Assembly (NCBI GenBank): GCA_947056845.1
Contig: CAMSCJ010000007.1
Location: 6,685 to 70,684, forward strand
Length of the DNA: 64,000 nucleotides
Reading direction: 5' to 3'
Origin: an uncultured Mycoplasmatota bacterium
GTDB lineage: Bacteria; Bacillota_I; Bacilli_A; RF39; UBA660
The notes under the pieces were generated by a model. That model was not told where the DNA came from, ran no database searches, and saw only the letters and a list, made by a program, of their open reading frames with translations. Both the position numbers and the translations under genes were made by a program. Positions 38,875-50,277 of this stretch are shown in pieces; position 1 is the stretch's first letter; each line of letters opens with the position of its first letter.

Positions 38875-40161
38875 CTACTTAAATTCACTTAACATCTTTT
38901 GCATTTCTTCTTGCTCCTCTAAGGTTGCAACATCGACATCAATATTTTGATCAAACCAATTAGGTTTTTTTATTTCTTTTTTATTTTTTTCTTTTGTTAT
39001 TGATATTTTTTGTCGTTTTTTATATTCTTTACCAGCAATATTCATTGCTTCTTCTACTGTTTTTATATTACTTCTAAGCCATTGGCTAGCAATTGTATCA
39101 ATAAAAGTTCTATTAAGTTTATTATCATTAATTTTTAGAACATAATCGATTAATACATTAACAACTCCCGGCATCATATTTAAATCGACTAACAAATAAG
39201 CAACAATATTTAAATCAGCTGAAGATGGCTTTATTCCACCATTTTTACTAGTTAAAAATTCGTATGGTGAAACTGTTTCAAATTGATAAATTAATTTTGA
39301 TTTTTTAGAAGTATTTGAAATTTGTTTTCTTAAATATTCAGGTTGTTTTTTATAAATAATTGTTGGTAGATCCCCTGCATTTTCAAACTTATAATATTTC
39401 TCGCAATTACCTTTTAATAGTTCAATATCTATTTTTCTTTTTTCGTCAATAGAGTTTATAATTATTTCTTGCATTTGTTCATTATTAAAATTATATATAT
39501 AAGCTAATTTCAATATAGTATCCTTTATTTCTTTATTAATCAGTCTCAAATTAATTTGTTCTTCTGGAATTAAAGCTAACATTTCATTCAAATTAACCTT
39601 AGATGTAATATTAATTGTTCCTTTATTATTTGACTTAATATCCCCATAGTATTCTAAATTTGGGCTGCTTATAGCATCATAGACATCATTAAAAGAACAG
39701 GTTATATTTTCATAATCCGTTAAATTAAAATTTGGTAACCGATAATAACTAATCATTTTCTCAAATTCAGCTGGTCCAATATTACTTAATAATGATGTGT
39801 TTAAAATTGGATTATTAAAAAATTCATAAGCATTTAAAGGGGCATATAACTCATATATATAATTATTAATACTACCTTTTTTATAATAAGTTTTGATTAA
39901 ACCTATACCTTCTAATTTTTCTCTTGATGATAAGATTGTATCCAAATCTGATTGCATATTGGTCATAAGATGATGATGAGGCCATTCTAAAGAAAATATT
40001 TCTGATTTATCCAAATATGCCCAAAGAGAGAAATACAAATTAGATGCCATAGCTCCTATAATTGGTTGATATAAATTGATAATTAGCTTTTTGTCATAAT
40101 CCGTAAGAATTGTCTTATTAATTACCACAAAGGTATCTGCAGGTAATAAGGTAGCATGCAT
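38875..40161 (-). CDS. dnaB: replication initiation and membrane attachment protein DnaB (Firmicutes DnaB/DnaD-like)
   Basis: DnaD-like domains. Conserved dnaB-dnaI-thrS order. Start MHATLL with RBS GGAGGTG. Confidence 0.8.
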   Translation of the reverse strand: MHATLLPADTFVVINKTILTDYDKKLIINLYQPIIGAMASNLYFSLWAYLDKSEIFSLEWPHHHLMTNMQSDLDTILSSREKLEGIGLIKTYYKKGSINNYIYELYAPLNAYEFFNNPILNTSLLSNIGPAEFEKMISYYRLPNFNLTDYENITCSFNDVYDAISSPNLEYYGDIKSNNKGTINITSKVNLNEMLALIPEEQINLRLINKEIKDTILKLAYIYNFNNEQMQEIIINSIDEKRKIDIELLKGNCEKYYKFENAGDLPTIIYKKQPEYLRKQISNTSKKSKLIYQFETVSPYEFLTSKNGGIKPSSADLNIVAYLLVDLNMMPGVVNVLIDYVLKINDNKLNRTFIDTIASQWLRSNIKTVEEAMNIAGKEYKKRQKISITKEKNKKEIKKPNWFDQNIDVDVATLEEQEEMQKMLSEFK

Positions 40162-40250
40162 AATATTCACCTCCATAGAGAAAATTTCTATTCTTATTTT
40201 AGCATATTTATAAAAAAAAAGAAATTAAAAAAATAAAAGCAATTAAGCTT

Positions 40251-40685
40251 TTATTGTTCTGGTATTGGGATATTTACACTATATTCTACTCTAGCAGCTT
40301 TAGATAAGTCTAAATTACATGGAGTAATATAAGATTTTTCTTCATCAATTTCTAAATTTTCATTAACTGTACTGGTTAAAATTGTAAGAACTTTACCATC
40401 TTTATCAGTAATAGTCATTTGATAATTTTCTAAAGTAAAAGCTGCTCCTGAACGATTTGTAACTTTCGTAATAATAGATGATACTCCATCCTCAACCTTA
40501 AAAGTTGTATTTTCAAATGTAATACCATTAACATTCTTTTCACCAACTACAGCTTCATCAGTAATTACAGTTGCATTATCATCATTAGTATCATTAGGTT
40601 TATCTTTGTCACTGTTTCGAACACATGAACATCCTGATAAAAAAAGTGTGCTTATTACCATTGATAAAATAATTATTTTCTTCAT
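40251..40685 (-). CDS. lipoprotein
   Basis: Lipobox LFLSGC after a signal peptide. Confidence 0.6.
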   Translation of the reverse strand: MKKIIILSMVISTLFLSGCSCVRNSDKDKPNDTNDDNATVITDEAVVGEKNVNGITFENTTFKVEDGVSSIITKVTNRSGAAFTLENYQMTITDKDGKVLTILTSTVNENLEIDEEKSYITPCNLDLSKAARVEYSVNIPIPEQ

Positions 40686-40731
40686 AAATCTATCCTCCTA
40701 GTATTAAGTATAGCATATTTATGGAATACAA

Positions 40732-42849
40732 TCAATATTTTTTTACTTCAACGATTTCATAGGCTTCTATAATATCGCCTTCTTTTAAATCATTATAATT
40801 TTCAATTGTAATTCCACATTCTAATCCTTTTTTAACTTCTTTAACAGAATCCTTTTCTCTTTGAAGTGAATTTATATTTCCGTCGTATATAACAATGCTA
40901 TCTCTTATAATGCGGGCCTTAGCATTATTTTTGATAATTCCATCTGTTACATAACTACCAGCAATAGAGCCAACACGTGAAAACTTGAATATTTTTCTTA
41001 TTTCAGCAGTTCCTAAGACTTTTTCCTCCAAAACAGGATCTAACATACCTTGCATTGCGGCTTCCATCTCTTCAACTACTTTATAAATAATATTATATAA
41101 TCTAATTTCAACATTATTATCTTTGGCATAATCTTTTAATTTATTATTAGGTCTAACATTAAAGCCGATAATAATAGCTTGCGAAGCCTTAGCTAATACA
41201 ATATCACTTTCAGTTATTGCCCCAACACTACTACGGATAACATTAACCTTAACATCTTCAACATTAAGTTTTTCCAAAGCATTTTTAACAGCTTCACTAC
41301 TGCCATTAACATCAGCTTTGACAATGACATTAATTTCCTTAGCACCATCTTTAATCTTAGAAAATAAGTCCTCTAATGTTACAGCTGTCGCTTTGTGATT
41401 TTGAGCTAATTTAGAGTTTGTTTTTCGCGTTTCACCAACATTTCGAGCCTGTTTTTCTGTTTCAAAAGACATAAATTTATCTCCAGCCATTGGCGTTTCA
41501 TTTAACCCAGTTATCTCTACTGGCATCGATGGTATGGATTCAATGATTTCTTCATTTTTATCATTTTTCAAAGTTCTAACTTTACCATAAGATGTTCCAA
41601 CAACTATAGGATCACCTAATCTTAAAGTACCATTTTGAACTAAGATTGTAACTACAGGTCCAACCTGTTTATCAAGGCGTGATTCAATTACTGTACCAAT
41701 TGCATATCGTTTAGGGTTAGCTTTATATCCTTGCATATCAGCTATTAATAAAATGTTTTCTAGTAATGCATCAATTCCAACATTATTTTTAGCTGATATT
41801 TGATTATATAATGTGTCTCCACCCCAAGTATCTGGAATTAAGCCATAATCGGATAATTCAGTCATAACCCTCTCTGGATTAGCACCTGGTTTATCTATTT
41901 TATTGATAGCAACGATAATTGGGACATTTGCTGCTTTAGCATGGTCTATAGCTTCTTTTGTTTGTGGCATAACACCATCATCAGCAGCAACTATAATAAT
42001 AACAATATCAGTTATTCCAGCTCCTCTAGCACGCATTTCTGTAAATGCAGCATGACCTGGCGTATCAATAAATGTAATTTTTTCATCATTATACATTACT
42101 TGGTAAGCACTTATGGCTTGGGTAATACCACCAGCTTCTCCATCAGCAACATTTGTCTTTCTAATCGTATCAAGTAAAGTTGTTTTTCCATGATCAACAT
42201 GGCCCATGATTGTTACAACAGGTGCTCGCTTAACTAAATCTGATTCATTATCAATAATTTCATATTCCTCAAAATTAGTAACATCGGCTGTTTCCTCACG
42301 CTTTAATTCTTTATCATAATCAGCAACTATCAATTCAGCTGTTTCAAAAGTGATATTGTGATTAACAGTTGCCATTATCCCTAAAAGAAATAACTTTTTA
42401 ACTAGTTCTGTTGAAGGAACATTAAGTAAATCAGCTAATTTACCTACAGTCATATCATCACTATAAAGAATAACATGTTCATTGCTAGTTGGATTGTTAG
42501 TCATTAATTTTTCTTTATTTTTATACATTTCCTTTTTTTTGATTGCAAAATCTTTATTTGTTTTTTTGATATTACTTACTTTTTTCTTTATTCTTTTTAT
42601 ATTTTCGCTATTATCTACATCTTCTTTAGAAATTGAAATAATATCTTCTTCTTGGGTTATAAAGCTATCCATTTCTGTGTTTTCATCTATTCCTGTATCA
42701 CTCGCAAAGGCATTATCTAGCATAACAATTGCGTCCTCATCTAATAAATCATTTTCCCCATTAACTAAAATATCCAACGAATCACACTTTTTTAAAACCT
42801 CATCAACCGATTTTTTGATATCTTCGGCATATTCAAATACAGACATCAT
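40732..42849 (-). CDS. infB: translation initiation factor IF-2
   Basis: G-domain [21 protein letters not shown]. Start MMSVFEY with RBS AGAGGTG. Confidence 0.95.
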   Translation of the reverse strand: MMSVFEYAEDIKKSVDEVLKKCDSLDILVNGENDLLDEDAIVMLDNAFASDTGIDENTEMDSFITQEEDIISISKEDVDNSENIKRIKKKVSNIKKTNKDFAIKKKEMYKNKEKLMTNNPTSNEHVILYSDDMTVGKLADLLNVPSTELVKKLFLLGIMATVNHNITFETAELIVADYDKELKREETADVTNFEEYEIIDNESDLVKRAPVVTIMGHVDHGKTTLLDTIRKTNVADGEAGGITQAISAYQVMYNDEKITFIDTPGHAAFTEMRARGAGITDIVIIIVAADDGVMPQTKEAIDHAKAANVPIIVAINKIDKPGANPERVMTELSDYGLIPDTWGGDTLYNQISAKNNVGIDALLENILLIADMQGYKANPKRYAIGTVIESRLDKQVGPVVTILVQNGTLRLGDPIVVGTSYGKVRTLKNDKNEEIIESIPSMPVEITGLNETPMAGDKFMSFETEKQARNVGETRKTNSKLAQNHKATAVTLEDLFSKIKDGAKEINVIVKADVNGSSEAVKNALEKLNVEDVKVNVIRSSVGAITESDIVLAKASQAIIIGFNVRPNNKLKDYAKDNNVEIRLYNIIYKVVEEMEAAMQGMLDPVLEEKVLGTAEIRKIFKFSRVGSIAGSYVTDGIIKNNAKARIIRDSIVIYDGNINSLQREKDSVKEVKKGLECGITIENYNDLKEGDIIEAYEIVEVKKY

Positions 42850-42865
42850 AGAAATCACCTCTTTC

Positions 42866-43126
42866 TTAATCTAATAATTTATACAATTTATCATAAATTT
42901 CTTCTGGAACAATTATATCTAAAACTCTATCTAAAGCTTTACTCTTTTTTGCTTTTTCAAAGACACTTATATCCTTTTTTAAATAAGCCCCTTTACCATT
43001 TTGCTTTCCCGTTAAATCAACGATAACCTGACCATCAGGTGTTCTTACAATCCTAATCAGGTCTTGTTTGGCGCATTTCTCTTTTGTTATGATGCAGCTA
43101 CGCATAGGAACTTTTTTTGTCTTCAT
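42866..43126 (-). CDS. ylxR: YlxR/DUF448 RNA-binding protein
   Basis: Conserved position between nusA and infB; RSCII...GRGAYL-type motif. No L7Ae/ylxQ gene between it and infB. Confidence 0.75.
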   Translation of the reverse strand: MKTKKVPMRSCIITKEKCAKQDLIRIVRTPDGQVIVDLTGKQNGKGAYLKKDISVFEKAKKSKALDRVLDIIVPEEIYDKLYKLLD

Positions 43127-43143
43127 TTTATCACCCCACAAGA

Positions 43144-44364
43144 TTAAATGACAATATTAATACCATCTTCTTTAGCTTGTTCATAAGTTTTAACGTCTAA
43201 TTTATAATGTGTTAAACGAGCTGCTAGACGAATATTTAGTCCTTTCTTACCAATTGCTAAAGACAAATTATCTTGATCAACAATAACCATCGCTTCTCTT
43301 TTTTTATCATCAGTTACAAAAATACTTAAATTTTTGGCTGGGCTTAAAGCATTTTCAATAAATTGTTTAGGCTCATTGCTATACTCAACAATATCTATTT
43401 TTTCACCGTTTAGTTCTTCAATAATTTTATTTATGCGAGAGCCTTTTTCTCCGATACATGAACCAATAGCATCAACATTACTATTTTCTGAGTATACAGC
43501 AATTTTTGTTCGATTTCCAGCTTCACGAGCAACACTATATACTAAAATAATTCCCTCATTAATCTCTGGTATTTCTAATTCAAATAATCTTTTAACAAAG
43601 CCATAATGATTTCTTGATAAAAGGATTAATGGTCCTTTTCCACTGGTTTCAACTTTTGTTATATATACTTTTAAACTGGAACCCATTTTAATAGTCTCAC
43701 CTGGAATAATTTCCGTTTTAGGTAATATCCCTTGGGTTCTACCTAAATCAATGTAGTAATTTCTAGCATCTTCCATAGCCACAATACCAACCATTAATTC
43801 ATCTTGTTTATCACTAAATTCATCAATTATTGTATTTCTTTCAGCCTCACGAATTTTTTGAATAACTACTTGTTTAGCAGTAGCCGCAGCTACTCTACCA
43901 AAGTCTTTAGGCGTAACTTCCTTTTCAATTGTTTCACCTACCTTAATATTTGGCACAGTCTTCATTGCTTCTTCTTGAGTTAAATGAATTCTCTCATCAA
44001 AGTAAATTATCTCTGGTTCATCATCTTCTTCAATTTCTTCAGAAATTTGATTATTATTAACAGTTGATTGAGCGGGTTCTTTAGCTAAACTAGAATCTAG
44101 ATTTCTTTCATCACTATCTTCTGATTCCACAGGTAAACTAACAACCTCACCTTGCTCATTAACATCAACAACAGTTTTATAAGAATAAACATGAATTTCG
44201 CCTGTTGTTCTATCGATGTCAACACGAACATTTGAGAGTGAATGATAATTTTTCTTATAAGCAGATGTAAGAGCTAGTTCCATCGCATCATAAATAATAT
44301 CTTCTGAGATTCCCTTTTCTTTTGATAATAAGTCAACAGCTTTTTTAAATTCTTTTGTATCCAT
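43144..44364 (-). CDS. nusA: transcription termination/antitermination factor NusA
   Basis: N-terminal domain, S1, two KH domains. Has an acidic insertion (…SEDSDERNLDSS…EEIEEDDEPE…). Start MDTKEF. Confidence 0.9.
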   Translation of the reverse strand: MDTKEFKKAVDLLSKEKGISEDIIYDAMELALTSAYKKNYHSLSNVRVDIDRTTGEIHVYSYKTVVDVNEQGEVVSLPVESEDSDERNLDSSLAKEPAQSTVNNNQISEEIEEDDEPEIIYFDERIHLTQEEAMKTVPNIKVGETIEKEVTPKDFGRVAAATAKQVVIQKIREAERNTIIDEFSDKQDELMVGIVAMEDARNYYIDLGRTQGILPKTEIIPGETIKMGSSLKVYITKVETSGKGPLILLSRNHYGFVKRLFELEIPEINEGIILVYSVAREAGNRTKIAVYSENSNVDAIGSCIGEKGSRINKIIEELNGEKIDIVEYSNEPKQFIENALSPAKNLSIFVTDDKKREAMVIVDQDNLSLAIGKKGLNIRLAARLTHYKLDVKTYEQAKEDGINIVI

Positions 44365-44365
44365 T

Positions 44366-44620
44366 TTAGTCCCTTCCTTTCTCTTTTGAACAAACATCTA
44401 AAATGTATCTATCACTAATTGGATCCTCAGAATCCAAAATAGGATTGACTAGATTGCTAATAATAACGCAATCGTCTACTGTAATTATATCTTTTTTATC
44501 TATTATTAGTCGTAAAAAATTATTGCCATCTTCTTTTTCATAAATTACTTCGTCAAGTATATATCCTTGATTTGTTATTGTTGTTTCTAGCATTTGACGT
44601 ATTTTATCTTCAATTCCCAT
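44366..44620 (-). CDS. rimP: ribosome maturation factor RimP, N-terminal domain only (84 aa)
   Basis: MGIEDKIRQMLETTITNQGYILDEV... matches the RimP N-domain. The ORF stops where nusA begins, and the usual C-terminal domain is absent. RBS GGAGG. Confidence 0.6.
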   Translation of the reverse strand: MGIEDKIRQMLETTITNQGYILDEVIYEKEDGNNFLRLIIDKKDIITVDDCVIISNLVNPILDSEDPISDRYILDVCSKEKGRD

Positions 44621-44642
44621 AAATTCCTCCAAATTTAAATTT

Positions 44643-44668
44643 AAAGAGTGGGGAAATCCCACTCTTTG
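44643..44668. other. perfect 11-bp-stem hairpin in the rimP-nusA-infB leader
   Basis: AAAGAGTGGGG-AAAT-CCCCACTCTTT, GC-rich for this genome. No flanking U-run on either strand. Confidence 0.5.
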
Positions 44669-44820
44669 CCTCACTTAATTTGATTATACCATAATGTATG
44701 GTGATTGACAACCTTTTTTAGTAACTTAATTTAAATAATAAATTTATAATACTAATTTTATTGTATTATTATAATTTATCTTTAATATTTTAATTTTTTC
44801 GTTTATAATATCTACAGGAG

Positions 44821-45729
44821 ATGATTAATTTGAAAACTGACAATAAAGAAATGAGAGTTTATATTTTAATTTTTTGTTCAATTGTTTTATATGCAATTAT
44901 ACTAACATTGAAAAATATTCCATTAGTGCTTATGGGGGTTGATGAAGTCCCTATATATAATATTATTTATCAAGTCTTTGCAATCGGAAGTGTTGGTTTA
45001 TTTCTTCTTAGTTGGAAAAATAAGTCTTATGAACAATTAACCGAACAAGTAAAAAAATATATTGCTGGATTAGGCGCAATTATTGTTTATTTTCTATTAT
45101 CAGAATTACAATTATTACCTTTTCAATTATTAGATATTGATATAACAAAAATTCCACTTTATTTAAAAATAATTTACTTATTATGTTATGAAGCAATTCT
45201 AATTGGTATTATTATCTTAATACATCTAAAGAAGTTAAAGAGGGATTTTATACTTTTAAAAAAGAATCATAACATTTATTTTAAAAAATATCTAAAATAC
45301 TGGCTAATTGCTCTATTTATTATGTATATAAGTAATTTTATCATTTTTGAAATACAATCTGGATTACCTACTAATGAAGAAATAATAAGACAACAGTTTC
45401 AAATTAGTCCAATTTATATCTTTATAAGTGCGGTTATGTTCGCTCCTATACTCGAAGAATTAATTTTTAGGCAAAGTTTTCGTAATTTATTTCAAAATAA
45501 ATGGTTATTTATAATTATATCAGGACTTGTTTTTGGTGGCATGCATGTTTTTAATAGTGATAATCTTACTATGATTGACTTGCTTTATATAATTCCTTAT
45601 TCAGCACCTGGCATGGCATTTGCTTATATGCTTTATAAAACAGATAATATTTTTGTATCAATGGGATTTCATATGTTGCATAACGGTATTATGGTAGCTT
45701 TACAATTCCTGACAATTTATTTTTTATAA
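44821..45729 (+). CDS. CPBP family intramembrane metalloprotease (CAAX protease-like)
   Basis: EELIFRQ, FGGMHV and HMLHN motifs in a polytopic membrane protein. Confidence 0.8.
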   Translation: MINLKTDNKEMRVYILIFCSIVLYAIILTLKNIPLVLMGVDEVPIYNIIYQVFAIGSVGLFLLSWKNKSYEQLTEQVKKYIAGLGAIIVYFLLSELQLLPFQLLDIDITKIPLYLKIIYLLCYEAILIGIIILIHLKKLKRDFILLKKNHNIYFKKYLKYWLIALFIMYISNFIIFEIQSGLPTNEEIIRQQFQISPIYIFISAVMFAPILEELIFRQSFRNLFQNKWLFIIISGLVFGGMHVFNSDNLTMIDLLYIIPYSAPGMAFAYMLYKTDNIFVSMGFHMLHNGIMVALQFLTIYFL

Positions 45730-45790
45730 TAAATTGTTTTTTTGGTTAAATGCTTTATTAATGTGCTAAAATATTTATAGGTGATAATAA

Positions 45791-46684
45791 ATGAAAAAAA
45801 CTTTAGAACAAGAAGTAAAGTCATCCAAATCAAGAAAAATATTAAAAATATTATTTATAATTTTAATTTTAATAGTTATTATTTTTCTATATAGTCGATT
45901 TATTGGAACAAAAGGATTATTAGTTAAAGAATATAAAATAATTAATGATAATTTTGTAGATAATTTTTATGGTTTAAAGATTGTTCAAATATCGGATCTT
46001 CACTATGGCGATACAACTAATGAAAAAGATTTAAAACAAATCATTGAAAAAATCAATGCATTAAAACCGGATATTGTCTTTTTTACTGGTGATTTATACT
46101 CTAATGGGTTAGAAGAAAACGCTAAAAATGAACTAATCACAAATTTAAAAGATATTAAGGTAAGCATCAAAAAGTATGCGATTAAAGGAAATCACGATGA
46201 CGAAGCATGGGACGAGGTTATGAAAGAAAGTAATTTTGTTGATTTAAATAATAATATTGATGTTATATATAATAATAATGCTTCAAATATTTTGATAACT
46301 GGTATTAATACTAATGATGATATTAATGAAAGTATTAAAAAAATTGATGAACTTTTAAAACCATATAATAATGAAGAAGAGGATTCTAATGTAATGCTAA
46401 AGTTTTCATACAAAATACTATTACTTCATGAGCCTGATAAAATATTAGATTTTGATTATAGTAATTATGATTTGATTTTAGCGGGTCATTCTCATAATGG
46501 TCAAATAAGGCTACCCTTTATTGGAGCCTTATATACGCCAGATGGTTCCAAAAAATATTATGATGAATTTTACGATTTAGGTAATACAAAATTATATATA
46601 TCTAGTGGTATAGGAACCTCAAAACTAAAATTAAGATTATTTAATCGACCATCAATTAATCTATATCGATTAACAAATAAGTGA
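45791..46684 (+). CDS. metallophosphoesterase (calcineurin-like, YkuE-like)
   Basis: DLHYG, FTGDL, GNHDD, GHSHNGQ motifs. N-terminal TM. Confidence 0.8.
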   Translation: MKKTLEQEVKSSKSRKILKILFIILILIVIIFLYSRFIGTKGLLVKEYKIINDNFVDNFYGLKIVQISDLHYGDTTNEKDLKQIIEKINALKPDIVFFTGDLYSNGLEENAKNELITNLKDIKVSIKKYAIKGNHDDEAWDEVMKESNFVDLNNNIDVIYNNNASNILITGINTNDDINESIKKIDELLKPYNNEEEDSNVMLKFSYKILLLHEPDKILDFDYSNYDLILAGHSHNGQIRLPFIGALYTPDGSKKYYDEFYDLGNTKLYISSGIGTSKLKLRLFNRPSINLYRLTNK

Positions 46685-46694
46685 GGGATGAATT

Positions 46695-47860
46695 ATGCGA
46701 ACAAAAAGAAGAAAACAGAAAATAAAAAAATTAATTATTCTAATTTTGATTATTATCGCTATTGTATTTAGTTTTATTTTGTTAATAAAAATGGTATTTA
46801 AAAAAGAGACCAATTTATTTAATAATATTAGCAATTATCAAACAAGCTATTATAATGATTACGTAGAATACTATAATAAAAATAAAGATATTGAAAAAGA
46901 AGATATTGTTAATTTTATTAATTACTGTAAAGATAATAACTTAGATTATGGACATACTTCAATAGATTTAATAAAATTTTATAAATTAGAAAACTTTGAT
47001 TTAAATAATTTAAGCAAATACTTAGATTACTATGAAAGTCATAAAGATAGTGACCTATTACAAATCGTCAGTATTGTAAATAATGATTTAGAGAGTATTA
47101 CCTTGGAATATGGTGAGGAAATTACTAATTTTTTATTAGATTTAATTAATGAAAAATATTATATAAAAAATAATTTGAATAGGTATATTAATTATTATCA
47201 AAAAATAACTAATTTTGATTATCAAAAGAAATATGATACAAAAGAAGTTGTAACAAATGTTAACGCTAATTTGGATTATAATTTCTATGAAAATACAGAA
47301 GTAACTGATATTAAAAAAGACACATTAATGATTGTTAATAAGCACTATAAAATACCTGATAATTATACTCCAGAAAATTTAGTACACATTGATGACTGGG
47401 AATATGGTTATTGGAACTTAATTAGAGCTGATGTTTATGAAGAATTTAAAAAAATGAGTAAAGATGCTAAAAAGGATAATGTAACTCTTTTTATAGCGTC
47501 TCCATATCGCAGTTATAACGACCAAAAAGTATTATATAATTCTTATGTTGCTAGTGATGGGGTTAAAAATGCTGATACTTATTCAGCGGATATTCAGAAC
47601 ATCATACGGGTTTAGCAATGGATTTAATTTCTGAATTTGGTTTAGAACTAGATACTTTTGAAAGCTCAGATGGTTTTAAATGGATGCAAGAAAATGCTCA
47701 TAAATATGGATTTATCTTAAGATATCCAAAAGATAAAGAATATATAACCGGTTATATGTATGAGCCTTGGCATTATCGATATGTAGGTGTAGAGGCTGCA
47801 ACAAAAATAAAAAATGAAGGGTTAACTTTCGAAGAATATTATGAATATTATGTAAAATAA
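46695..47860 (+). pseudogene. VanY-family D,D-carboxypeptidase (peptidase M15B) split by a frameshift
   Basis: The ORF 46695..47615 ends ...ASPYRSYNDQKVLY...ADTYSADIQNIIRV*. The -1 frame from 47576 reads YLFSGYSEHHTGLAMDLISEFG..., containing the VanY signature SEHxTGLAxD, and continues as the ORF 47618..47860. Confidence 0.7.
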
Positions 47861-47886
47861 AATATTGGCATCAAACCAATATTTTT

Positions 47887-48687
47887 TTATAAAAATTTTT
47901 CATTAATCTTTTCAAAAAAATTATAATTTTCTAATCTTAGACAATTAATTCTTTTTTTATTAACAAATGTTTCAATTTTCTCAACATTATTATATACATT
48001 ATTATCACCATCTATGGTCACTAAAAGATTAATATTATCTTTTTCAGGTATAATCGTTATAAACGTATTTTCAGGTATAATAATCGAATTAATTAGGCTA
48101 CGATATGATTTACTATTTAAAGGCGCAATAGGTGTAATTTGTAATGTATGTAAATTATTAGCGACAATGGCCCCTCCAAAACTTAAGTTATAGGCCGTTG
48201 ATCCAGTTGATGTTGAAATTAAAATACCATCACCTATAAATTTTTCTAATTTAGCATCATTAACTTTAATATCTAGTTTAGTTGTATTCAAATCCCTATC
48301 ACGTAATACAATCTCATTTAAAGAATAGAAAATAGAAGTATTATCTTTAGTAACTATTTTTGTTTCCTGAATACCAACTTCATCTATTTTAAACAAATTA
48401 TTATTAAGTTTATAAATAAAATCATCAATATCATCTATTTTAATCTCTTGTAAAAAACCTAGAGTTCCAGCATTTATTCCTACATAAAGAGGCTCACTTT
48501 TAAAGTTATTTTCTTTTACCATTCTTAAGAAAGATCCATCACCACCAATAGCTAAACAAAGATCAGGATTTTCTAAAACAATAGAATAATTATCGGCAAC
48601 TAATTTATCACTAACAATTCTTTTTATTTCTTGTGATTTCACATTATCATTACAAAATATTCTTACAGTATTTATTTTTCTATGCAT
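47887..48687 (-). CDS. nadK: NAD kinase
   Basis: GGDGSFLR and NxGxLGFL motifs. Confidence 0.9.
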   Translation of the reverse strand: MHRKINTVRIFCNDNVKSQEIKRIVSDKLVADNYSIVLENPDLCLAIGGDGSFLRMVKENNFKSEPLYVGINAGTLGFLQEIKIDDIDDFIYKLNNNLFKIDEVGIQETKIVTKDNTSIFYSLNEIVLRDRDLNTTKLDIKVNDAKLEKFIGDGILISTSTGSTAYNLSFGGAIVANNLHTLQITPIAPLNSKSYRSLINSIIIPENTFITIIPEKDNINLLVTIDGDNNVYNNVEKIETFVNKKRINCLRLENYNFFEKINEKFL

Positions 48688-49522
48688 TTTTTTTATCCCT
48701 TTTATTTTTTATTTTGTAACGAAATAATGCTGAAGGGCGATGACCTCCACCTGTTTTTACTTTATCCGTTTTTTCAACCTTATTGGCTATGATTCGTCTA
48801 AATGCTGGATCTAATAATTTTTTATCCAAAATAACTTCATATACTTGTTGTAATTCGCCTAAAGTAAAATATTCTGGCATCATATTGAAAACTATATCCG
48901 TATACTCTAATTTATTTTTTAAACGAGAAATTCCTGACGCAATAACAATAGCGTGATCAAAAGCTAAATGGTTATTTTTAATAACATCATAACTATAACG
49001 ATCAGTTGTTAAATCCTTTAAAGTTTTTTTAATGACAACACTAAATTCTTCTACATCATTATCAAAAGTAATATGAATACTTTTATCATCTTCTAAAATT
49101 TTCATATTAAACCATGAGGCATTTTCTGGAATTTTCTCATTTAGCATATTCTTATCAATAAGTGCCATATAAGCTGTACTAACAATCCGCATTCTAGGGT
49201 CCCTATTAACACTACCAAATGTATAAAGTTGCTCAATATAAATATTATGGAGATTTGTTTCACTTGCTAGAATTCTTTTGGCGGCATCATCTAATGTTTC
49301 ATTGATACCAACAAAACCGCCTGGCAAACACCATTTATCTTTAAAAGGATAATCGCTTCTTTTTACAAGTAGTACACTAAAGTGTTTTTCACTGAGTTTG
49401 CGATAATTATCTGTTAGGCTATCAGAAACACTAAAAATAATGATATCTGTTGTCATTGATAGTTTTTCAAATTTGCTTGAATCATAATGTTTTAAAAACT
49501 CTTCTTCACTTTTATATTGCAT
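48680..49522 (-). CDS. nrtR: NrtR-like regulator (Nudix domain fused to C-terminal winged helix)
   Basis: Nudix-like N-terminus (CLPGGFVGINETLDDAAKRILASETN, degenerate Nudix box) plus about 90-aa C-terminal domain. Sits inside the NAD gene cluster. Confidence 0.6.
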   Translation of the reverse strand: MQYKSEEEFLKHYDSSKFEKLSMTTDIIIFSVSDSLTDNYRKLSEKHFSVLLVKRSDYPFKDKWCLPGGFVGINETLDDAAKRILASETNLHNIYIEQLYTFGSVNRDPRMRIVSTAYMALIDKNMLNEKIPENASWFNMKILEDDKSIHITFDNDVEEFSVVIKKTLKDLTTDRYSYDVIKNNHLAFDHAIVIASGISRLKNKLEYTDIVFNMMPEYFTLGELQQVYEVILDKKLLDPAFRRIIANKVEKTDKVKTGGGHRPSALFRYKIKNKRDKKNA

Positions 49523-49532
49523 AATATACCTC

Positions 49533-50111
49533 CTACAAATTATTTTTTATATCAGGAAATAAATCATATACATTATAACCTAATAAATCATCAAAATGTT
49601 TTTTTAATTTTTGAGCTTCATTAATATGATAAACGGTATTTTCAAAAACACCATATCGTGTGATTAAATCAATTAGCCTTTTTTCTAAAGTAACTATTCT
49701 TTTGGTACACATTAAATCGCAGAGATTAATTAATTTATCATAAATTGTATATTCGTGATTTTTTATAAATTCTGTTCTAAATGGAATATCATCGGGAATG
49801 CCACCTGCAACACATTTATAATCATTGTTTAAATATGAATGCGTTAAACAAATATTGCAATATTCATCATCATATCCTAGTTCCTTTAAATACTCATAAC
49901 CTTTCATCGGATGTGAAGTAAATTTAATAAGTTTACCAATATCATGTATATACCCAAGTGCCCTAGCCTTATCTGTATCTAGATTTAAAGACTCTGCAAT
50001 TATAGCAGCACTATTGCCAACACATATTGAGTGATGAATCCAACCATCACATTTAGTTTTTCCTTTAGCATCTTCTAACATTTTTAGAGCTTCTTTACTT
50101 GTCAATATCAT
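49533..50111 (-). CDS. yqeK: HD-domain hydrolase YqeK-like
   Basis: HxxxHDIGK motif. About 190 aa, as the nadD-associated YqeK. Confidence 0.7.
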   Translation of the reverse strand: MILTSKEALKMLEDAKGKTKCDGWIHHSICVGNSAAIIAESLNLDTDKARALGYIHDIGKLIKFTSHPMKGYEYLKELGYDDEYCNICLTHSYLNNDYKCVAGGIPDDIPFRTEFIKNHEYTIYDKLINLCDLMCTKRIVTLEKRLIDLITRYGVFENTVYHINEAQKLKKHFDDLLGYNVYDLFPDIKNNL

Positions 50112-50177
50112 TTAATCACATCCCTTTAATAAATAGGTACATTTTAAATTGATTAATATATTCTTATTATCAATTTG

Positions 50178-50188
50178 ATTATAACACA
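50178..50188 (-). promoter_or_regulatory. extended -10 promoter (TGTGTTATAAT) for the yqeK-nrtR-nadK operon
   Basis: Complement of ATTATAACACA at 50178-50188, about 65 nt upstream of the yqeK ATG. Confidence 0.4.
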
Positions 50189-50277
50189 TTAGAAAAAAAT
50201 TTGCTAGAAATTGATTGAAAAATATTAAGTTCTATAATATAATGTATATAGATGGACGAAAGTTCATAAAATAAAAT

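Noticed and set aside
41941-42874. Plus-strand ORFs (41941-42177, 42482-42874) inside infB
   Set aside because: Antisense to a universally conserved gene.
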